A stretch of 64,000 nt of DNA, taken from positions 34,410,001 to 34,474,000 of the forward strand of contig OZ024752.1 of the NCBI GenBank assembly GCA_964016885.1, written 5' to 3'. Under the pieces are notes generated by a model. That model saw nothing but the letters and a program-made list of their open reading frames with translations. It searched no databases and was not told the DNA's origin. Source of the stretch: Eledone cirrhosa. Its lineage: Eukaryota. Below, one piece after another: positions 53,507 through 64,000 of the stretch; the first letter of the stretch is position 1; every line of letters begins with the position of its first letter. The translations under genes were made by a program, and so were the position numbers.

Positions 53507-54139
53507 AACCCTTCTCATTCACACACACACACATTCTCACACACACACACTCACACACACACACACACATACACAAACCCTTCTCTCACACCTCCTCATA
53601 CACACATATACACACACTTCCGCTTCTATTCTATTATAAAGAGTTCTCCTTTCTCTCTTCTGCCGTTTATCGTCTGCCTCAATGAAAACTAAGGGAGAAA
53701 AAACAAAAACAACAAAAACAACGCTAGATTTCGAAGTTGTTTTGACTGAAATAGCTGAATGAAATATTGATAAACTAGGAAAGCAATGTCATCAAGACAT
53801 ATCAGTTGTAGAAATTTGATAGCGTGCAAAAACGATGTAAAGCATCTGGATAGTTTCCACACGAAGGGATTTTTCTTCATCTCTACCTCCAACACCACAT
53901 TACACCGCCGCCATCTTCCTAAATATATCCTGCTACGTCATTTTCTCTTCTCATCCTTACCCTCCCACCACCAGCGCCTCATTCTTTACTCTTCTCCACC
54001 GACACACCACCAACGCAACCACTACCACTAACAACAACAACAATAACAACAACAACACTACCAACTACCACCACTACACACTACACACCACCACCATTGC
54101 TGTTCTGTTTACTATCTTGGTGTTTCTGTTTATACTCCT

Positions 54140-54712
<573 letters not shown>

Positions 54713-55099
54713 TAATAAATGTGAAGACTAAAATCCAAAGAGGGCTCGATAAGGATAAATATATATCAAATATATAAGAACCATAGAATTTCAGAAGATC
54801 CCGTTAAGGGGGAATGCAGAGATTCTTTGCTTAAACTTTAATCTGTTATTTTAATATATATATATATATAATGTTGAACAATGAAAACAAAAGGCGAAGT
54901 TTAGAGCTTAATCAGTTCATTGTTTTACGATCGTTTCAAAGGTCGATTGATCATGAATATATCGATATAGTGGAATAAAGTTTCTTGCTCAAATACACAA
55001 CGCACTCCCGGGAATTGAACCCACGACACAACCACTTAGTCACGTGCCTTTACATTTCCTATCACACGGCACACTAATATACTTTATATTATGAAATAA

Positions 55100-55175
55100 T
55101 TTGTGCGTATATGTGTGTGTGTATTTTATATGTGCGTGTGTGTATATATATATATTATGTGTGTGTATATATATA

Positions 55176-55232
<57 letters not shown>

Positions 55233-55541
55233 ATATGTGTGTGTGTATATGTGTGTGTATATGTGTATATATATGTGTGTGTATATATATATGTGTGTGT
55301 ATATATATATATATGTGTGTGTGTGCATTATGTGTATATGTGTGTCTATATTGTGTATATATATGTGTGTATGTGTGTGTGCATATATGTGTGTGTGTAT
55401 ATCGAGCATATGTGTGTGTGTATATTGTTTCTATATGTGTGCGTATATATGTGTGTGTGTATTGGGTGTATATGTGTGTGTGTACATTGTATGTATATAT
55501 GTGTGTGTGTACATTGTATGTATATGAGTGTATATTGTGTG

Positions 55542-55576
<35 letters not shown>

Positions 55577-55648
55577 ATGAAATGTGTGCGTCCAACAAAC
55601 GAAAGAGAACGAAAGAGGAAGCTAGAAAAAGAAAGAAAGAAAAAAGGA

Positions 55649-55712
<64 letters not shown>

Positions 55713-55715
55713 AGG
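55100..55715. repeat. (TG/TA)n followed by (GAAA)n
   Basis: Direct reading. Confidence 0.9.
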
Positions 55716-56438
55716 AAGGAAAGGATAAGAAAACAAAGCAAATACAATGAAAGAACGTGAGAGAATAGAAAGAAAGTAGGCGAAAGGTTTATAATAGGAA
55801 GGAAAATATTTACAAAAAATGTTGGAGCTTTCCTATGAAACGAATGAGACAAATGAGATTAGCAGGGTGGGTCGTATTTTTGTCAGGTTTTTTTATTTTT
55901 AAAGATGACAGTGGAATTCCTTTCTATCAACGCTCAGTAAAGTATTTCCGCTGTTGTCCTGGTTTTCGCAAGCTGAAAATTGTGGTAATTCTATTGTCAT
56001 TCGGTCAACCCTCTCAATTCGGTTGGGTGTGGGTGTTGGTCCCAACAATAAACCTAAAATCTTTCACTCAACCATGTCATAGTTATCCACCACTTATCCG
56101 CCATTTTTCTAACACATCCTACGCCAAGTGAAAGACGTCATCCACTTTAACCTTGGGCTGGCGTTACCATTAAGACCAACTTGGCAGCCACATAGGGCGC
56201 ATTACTGAACCTCACAGACTTTTTTTTTTTTTTTTTTTTACGAATTTATAAAATGATGTTAAATATATAATAATTACCTGCGATCCATAAATGGATGACT
56301 AAACATCTTTATCGTGTAACAGTGTTGTGGAGATCTCCAAAGGAGTGGTGATAGTCTTATTGTGACATAATTTGGTGTGGGTGAGTGTAAACTGTGTAGT
56401 AGAAACTGCAGGCTTAGTATTTACTAGAACGGAACAGG

Positions 56439-57792
56439 CATTGTATAGTAGGCCAAGGGCACTGAAGACCTAGATACGCATTGTAGGGCTAGCCTAGGGC
56501 ACTCAATACCCAGGTACACCTTGTATAGTAGGCCAAGGGCACTGAAGACCTAGATACGCATTGTAGGGCTAGCCTAGGGCACTAAATATCCAGGTACACA
56601 TTGTATAGTAGGCCAAGGGCACTGAAGACCTAGATACGCATTGTAGGGCTAGCCTAGGGCACTAAATATCCAGGTACACATTGTATAGTAGGCCAAGGGC
56701 ACTGAAGACCTAGATACGCATTGTAGGGCTAGCCTAGGGCACTAAATATCCAGGTACACATTGTATAGTAGGCCAAGGGCACTGAAGGCCTAGATACGCA
56801 TTGTAGGGCTAACCTAGGGCACTAAATATCCAGGTACACATTGTATAGTAGGCCAAGGGCACTGAAGACCTAGATACGCATTGTAGGGCTAGCCTAGGGC
56901 ACTCAATACCCAGGTACACATTGTATAGTAGGCCAAGGGCACTGAAGACCTAGATACGCATTGTAGGGCTAACCTAGGGCACTAAATACCCAGGTACACA
57001 TTGTATAGTAGGCCAAGGGCACTGAAGACCTAGATACGCATTGTAGGGCTAGCCTAGGGCACTAAATATCCAGGTACACATTGTATAGTAGGCCAAGGGC
57101 ACTGAAGACCTAGATACGCATTGTAGGGCTAGCCTAGGGCACTAAATATCCAGGTACACATTGTATAGTAGGCCAAGGGCACTGAAGACCTAGATACGCA
57201 TTGTAGGGCTAGCCTAGGGCACTAAATATCCAGGTACACATTGTAGGGATAGGTTAGTGTACTAAATAACCACGTACACACTGTAGACCTACCTTAGGGC
57301 ACTCAATACCCAGGTACACATTGTAGAGAATATTAAGGTACTAAATACCCAGGTACACATTGTAGAGCTAGCTTAGGGTGCTAAATACACAAGTACACAT
57401 TGTGGAGCTAGCAAATGGTACTCAATCCCCAGGTACACATTGTGGAGCTAGCAAAAGGTACTCAATCCCCAGGTACATATTGTGGGGCTAGACAAGGGTA
57501 CTAAATACGCAGGTACACATTGTAGAGTTAGCCTAGGGTGCAAAATACACAAGTACACATTGTGGAGCTAGCAAAAGGTACTCAATCCCCAGGTACATAT
57601 TGTGGGGGCTAGCCAAGGGTACTAAATACGCAGGTACACATTGTAGAGTTAGCCTAGGGTGCTAAATACACAAGTACACATTGTGGAGCTAGCAAAAGGT
57701 ACTCAATCCCCAGGTACATATTGTAGGGCTAGACAAGGGTGCTAAATACGCAGGTACACATTGTAGGGCTAGCCAAGGGTGTTAAATACCTA
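56439..57792. repeat. 40-bp-monomer satellite: about ten 80-bp dimers, then about 120-bp trimers
   Basis: CATTGTATAGTAGGCCAAGGGCACTGAAGACCTAGATACG alternates with CATTGTAGGGCTAGCCTAGGGCACTAAATATCCAGGTACA. Confidence 0.93.
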
Positions 57793-58168
57793 GTCACCGA
57801 CACTAATTTTACCTAATTCCAATACCACCCAATCAATTCAGTTATCTCCAACACTAACCAGTCCCCCGCCCAACTCTCTTTATTACTAAATTGAAAGCTA
57901 AACAAGTAATTCTTTTTGAAGTTGCCGCCATCTTCAACACTTGACTGTTGAAAGAGAGATCATTCCCTGTCATTGATTTCTTAAATGAATAAATAAATAA
58001 ATAAATAAATAAGTAAACTAGAAAGATAAATAAAAAAAATAAGAAATTACTCTATAAATACAAAACACAGCCTCTATTAGTTCCAAGGAATTCTCTTTTT
58101 CTAATGTTTATTATACAGTTGTATTTATTAGCTTAAGGCTTATGTATGCATATATATATATACATCTA

Positions 58169-58205
<37 letters not shown>

Positions 58206-58466
58206 GATATTTATACATATACACTCACATCTACATATATATATATATATACATATACACACAAATATATGTGTGTGTGTGTGTGTAAATGGCTATGTGT
58301 TTGTTTGTTCGCGTGCGTCTATAGATGCATGGATAGATAGATAGATAGATAGAGAGAGGGGGAGGGGGGAGAGAGAGAGTGAGAGAGAAAGTGAGAGAGA
58401 TAAAAAGACATAACTAACAATACGTAATGGCGTGCGGACACACGAACATATGCACACACACACACG

Positions 58467-58504
<38 letters not shown>

Positions 58505-58512
58505 GAGAGAGA

Positions 58513-58845
58513 GAGATATTCAAAACAACAAACAGCGAAAGACGCGTTCCGGACTTGTCCGACAGACAACCTTTTCCCCCACCCCGGAAACCCCCCCCCT
58601 CCCAGTTGATGGATGTGAATCCGAAATATATAGGGACTATTAAATCTCTCCCAAGGTAACTCTCTCTTGTGTTGTTATTTTAATTTTAACCTTTATACTC
58701 TTCCCTTCATTCTACACATCTCACACATCTTATACACACCACGCATCTCAACGTACACCCAATTACATCTCTCTCTCCACCACCGGACCTTGTTACCCGG
58801 AGATTTACCAATTTGCATTGTCGAGGCTTCCAAACGACTTAAAGA

Positions 58846-58847
<2 letters not shown>
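58513..58847 (+). mobile_element. Module family J, second copy
   Basis: Homologous to 29722-30045. Confidence 0.75.
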
Positions 58848-58905
<58 letters not shown>

Positions 58906-58951
58906 TATATTTGCATGAAAACGAAACCCCCCTCCTCCCACTGCAACATTG

Positions 58952-59583
58952 TAGAGATAGTGCGCCATCAATAAAACAGGGAAAAACCACCAGTGTATGG
59001 AATCTATAATCTATGGAAGGCAGGGCAGACACACAATCATTAAAAATATAAATTAAAATGTATATACGCACCTCTATAACTATATAACTGTTTCTACGTT
59101 AGGCACAAGGCCAGCAATTATCCCAGTGCATTACTGGTACTTTATTTTATCGACCCCGTAAGGATGAAAGGCAAAGTTAACCTCGGCAGGATTTGAACTC
59201 AGAATGGCAAGGGCCGTAACTGTATGCGTCAAAGCATGGCGTCCGACCCTCTACCAATACTGCCAATCCACCACCCTTAACTACCCTTAACACCCCTCTA
59301 TAACTATATAACACACGCGTACAAATCAAAAGAGATCTGTTTCGCCAAGAAATTTTTAATTTATATTTTTAATTATTGTGTGTCTGCCCTGCCTTCCATA
59401 GATTATAGATTCCATACACTCGAGGTTTTTCCCTGTTTTATTGATGGCAGACACTCTCTATCTCTCTCTAGTGTGTTACCTTTTCAACATATTGTATTTT
59501 AAAGAGCGCAGGATTCCTTTTCCTTTGAGCACATTATTGACAGGCAATAACGAGAGTCTATGGCTCCGTTAATTTATCGTGAT
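58952..59583. mobile_element. Fold-back module family K with nested SINE family 1 (59089-59276)
   Basis: Inverted arms; SINE TSD CCTCTATAACTATATAAC at 59071-59088 and 59295-59312. Confidence 0.78.
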
Positions 59584-59596
59584 ATATATATTTATA

Positions 59597-59639
<43 letters not shown>

Positions 59640-59648
59640 ATATATCTA

Positions 59649-59689
<41 letters not shown>

Positions 59690-59691
<2 letters not shown>

Positions 59692-59817
59692 GTTATTCCG
59701 GGTTGAATCGGAGGTAAGCACAGTAAGTAAGGTACTCAATACATTGCAGAGTATAAAAGTTTTAATATAGATGAGATTCTACACGACTAGAACTGTTTCA
59801 TTCTTTAGAAATCATCA
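59690..59817 (-). mobile_element. Module family C, single arm plus tail
   Basis: Near-identical to 30700-30827. Confidence 0.8.
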
Positions 59818-59859
59818 TATATATATATATATGTGAATATATATATATATATGGAATAT

Positions 59860-59917
<58 letters not shown>

Positions 59918-60223
59918 CGTATTTACATCCATGCATTCTTATGCATACACATTACAAACATATATTCAGGCATACACGTCTGCACGAGTATATGTACGTT
60001 TAAACTGGGTTGAAAGAAAATCTATTAGCTTCCAACAATATTGGTTTAACCTTAAAATAAGCGTCAAGTTGTATAAACATATGTTTCAACATGTGTATAA
60101 CTTATCTGATACAAGCTCATATGTACAGTTGTACGGTTATTAAACCGTTTGTGTGGATATGTGGAGAGGACGGATTCGAAGAAGTTCTGAGACATAATAC
60201 AAATGTGTATACACACACACACA

Positions 60224-60584
<361 letters not shown>

Positions 60585-60666
60585 TATAGTATTATAAAGA
60601 GAAATGACAGGAGGCCAAATATGTTGAATTTCGTTAATTTTTTTTATTACTGTTTATATATATATA

Positions 60667-61433
60667 TTTCGGTTGTTTGGTTGATTGTAGACATATTCTA
60701 CGTGTGACGGTATTTTAACAATAGTTATAGCTCTGATTTATTTGAATTATGGAGCCCTCTGCCGCTCATCTCGAATTTTGTTTATTGTGAACTCGTGCGC
60801 CGATTTTTCGATACTCGATTATTCTACTATATTTAGCTCTAGACTTAGCTATTGACCAGTTAATTTTATTGTTCATTTTTTGTCGATTCTATTAAATGAT
60901 GAATAGCTCCTGTTTATTTTAACATGTCTATTGAGCACTCTTATTCGATATGTGTTATTCCACATTTTCCCGAATATTTTTTGCGGATATGAAGGTTATC
61001 TCCCTTGCTGAAATCCATGTGCGTATTTTCAGCCTGGGTTTTGTCTTTTCATCCGTTCGGACAAAAGCTCGTTGAAGAAGTAACTCCAGTCCCCCGTTGT
61101 CTGTAAGTCTTATATTTTTATGTGAGCTGATAGAGGACGGTTTAAGGATTTACAGAAACCCAAGAAGCTAGATATACCATCTCTCTAGTGGGTCCGGGTA
61201 TACTTTTTACATTCATTTCATTTATTGATTTATTGATAATTTATCTGAGTGTCCCGAATCTTCCATATCGCAATTTTTCGGTTATTTGGTTGATTGTAGA
61301 CATATTCTACGTGTGACGGTATTTTAACGATAGTTATAGCTCTGATTTATTTGAATTATGGAGCCCTCTGCCGCTCATCTCGAATTTTGTTTATCGTGAA
61401 CTCGTGCGACGATTTTTCGATACTCGATTATTC

Positions 61434-61440
<7 letters not shown>
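60667..61440. mobile_element. About 775-bp element with about 165-bp terminal direct repeats, in (TA)n
   Basis: 60667-60831 is repeated at 61277-61440. Confidence 0.7.
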
Positions 61441-62274
<834 letters not shown>

Positions 62275-62277
62275 CAT

Positions 62278-62400
62278 CAGATTGTTAGGCCATTACTCAC
62301 CAGAGTATTCGATACCTGGAGTAGTAGAATGTGTAATATGAAAAAAAATTCAGGATCCCGACGACCGGAGCTCAATGTCGGGGTTGCTGAATTTTTTCAT
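62278..62400 (-). mobile_element. Short fold-back module related to family A
   Basis: GAGCTCAA centre; tail CATTCTACTACTCCAGGTATCGAATACTCTGGTG. Confidence 0.55.
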
Positions 62401-62420
62401 ATATATACATACATATATAT

Positions 62421-62487
<67 letters not shown>

Positions 62488-62614
62488 GTTGGTCACTAAA
62501 CCATGATTAATCATATTGTTTGCAAATGTCCTAAGATAGTGCTGCAGACTTGGTGGAGCAGTGGAACACTGGGAGAATCAAGATGTCAGCACAAACTCGT
62601 TTCCTCCAGCCGAT

Positions 62615-63110
62615 ACGAAGATCGGCCGAAGAGTTCATAGGCTGACCAAGATACTCTCATGGAATGACCAAATGAGGTTTATTTTTCAACATAGTCCATG
62701 GAAGGATACAATGTAGTTATTAATAAGAAGAATTGAAATTAATGCATGCAAGATTTCACAGCTCTAGCATCACTTCTACGTAGGCTGACCAAGATACTCT
62801 CATGGAATGACCAAATGAGGTTTATTTTTCAACATAATCCCAGGAAAGAAACAATGCAGTTATTAATAATAAGAACAGTTGAAATTAATGCACGCAAGAT
62901 TTCACAGCTCTAGCATCACTTCTACGTAGGCTGACCAAGATACTCTCACGGAACGACCAAATGAGGTTTATTTTTCAATATAGTCCCAGGAAAGAAACAA
63001 TGAAGTTATTAATAATAATAAGAGTTGAAATTAATGCATGCAAGATTTCACAGCCCCCTAGCATCACTTCTTCGTAGTCAATCCATGAACTTTTCAGCCA
63101 CCCTCGTGTA
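62615..63110 (+). mobile_element. Mariner-type MITE with an internal about 143-bp unit in three copies
   Basis: TIRs CGAAGATCGGCCGAAGAGTTCAT and ATGAACTTTTCAGCCACCCTCG; TAGGCTGACCAAGATACTCTCA occurs three times. Confidence 0.7.
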
Positions 63111-63199
63111 TAAGAACCAGGTTTATCTTTCTTAGTGTTTCTTGGATCTTAGAAACATCTCAATAACTTTTTATTACCATTTTTTATCGCATCCGCCCA

Positions 63200-63607
63200 A
63201 CCAACACACATATACACACATAAACATATCCGCATACACACACACACGCATGCATGCACTTTATCACACAATCCATACACATATACACGCATCCACACAC
63301 ATACATAAACATCTACTCACACATCCACTCACACACATACATGCACCGACACACATACACGCATGCATGCACTCATACACACACACACATCCATACATAT
63401 ACACATACACACACACATCCGCACACACACACACATAAACACTCACACACACATCCACACACACACGTACACAGACACACACATCCACGCACACACACAC
63501 ACACTCACACATACATACACACTCACACACACACTCACACACACACACATACACACACACACACATACACACACATACACACACACACACATACATCCAC
63601 ACACACA

Positions 63608-63671
<64 letters not shown>
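63200..63671. repeat. Degenerate (CA)n
   Basis: Direct reading. Confidence 0.9.
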
Positions 63672-63672
<1 letters not shown>

Positions 63673-63814
63673 GCTAATAAAAATAATAATAAATATCTAA
63701 ATGGAAACATTTCTGACCTTTCAAGAGACAGAGACATTCCATTACTTTCTAATATCTCCACGGTTACGAAAAAGATAATTGACGTTGAACGACATACCCC
63801 CCACCCCCACCGCC

Positions 63815-64000
63815 TCCACCACTACTGCCACCACTACCACTGCCACCACCACCACTGCCACCACCACCACTACCACTGCCACCACCACAACCACTACCAC
63901 TACCACTGCCACCACCACACCACCACTACCACTGCCACCACCACCACAACCCCTGCCACCACCACCACTGCCACCACCATCACTACCACCACCACCACTG
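63815..64000. repeat. (ACC/ACT/GCC)n
   Basis: Direct reading. Confidence 0.9.

Overview
Repeat-saturated, AT-rich eukaryotic DNA with no host gene that I can support. The microsatellite load, SINE types and TTAGGG motifs suggest an invertebrate, probably an octopus or other cephalopod; this is inference. Main contents: (1) a near full-length Tx1/L1-clade non-LTR retrotransposon (18.2-23.9 kb, minus strand; CCHC ORF1, APE-RT-CCHC ORF2) inside (GATA)n, with five 3'-end fragments of sister elements also in (GATA/TATC)n and two related ends in (ATT)n; (2) more than 10 distinct families of short modules embedded in (TA)n. Many are fold-back palindromes with a one-sided tail, and most carry type I hammerhead-ribozyme motifs, including variant cores. 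One lies downstream of a Penelope-like GIY-YIG C-terminus; (3) two tRNA-derived SINE families, RTE-like LINE fragments (one 5'-inverted with a TSD) and mariner/Tc1-type MITEs; (4) large simple and minisatellite arrays (AAC/AGT, AAC/GAC, 50-bp, 49-bp, 113-bp, 40/80/120-bp) and a 200-N gap. All long low-complexity ORFs are repeat artefacts. Coordinates were read by eye and may be off by a few bases.
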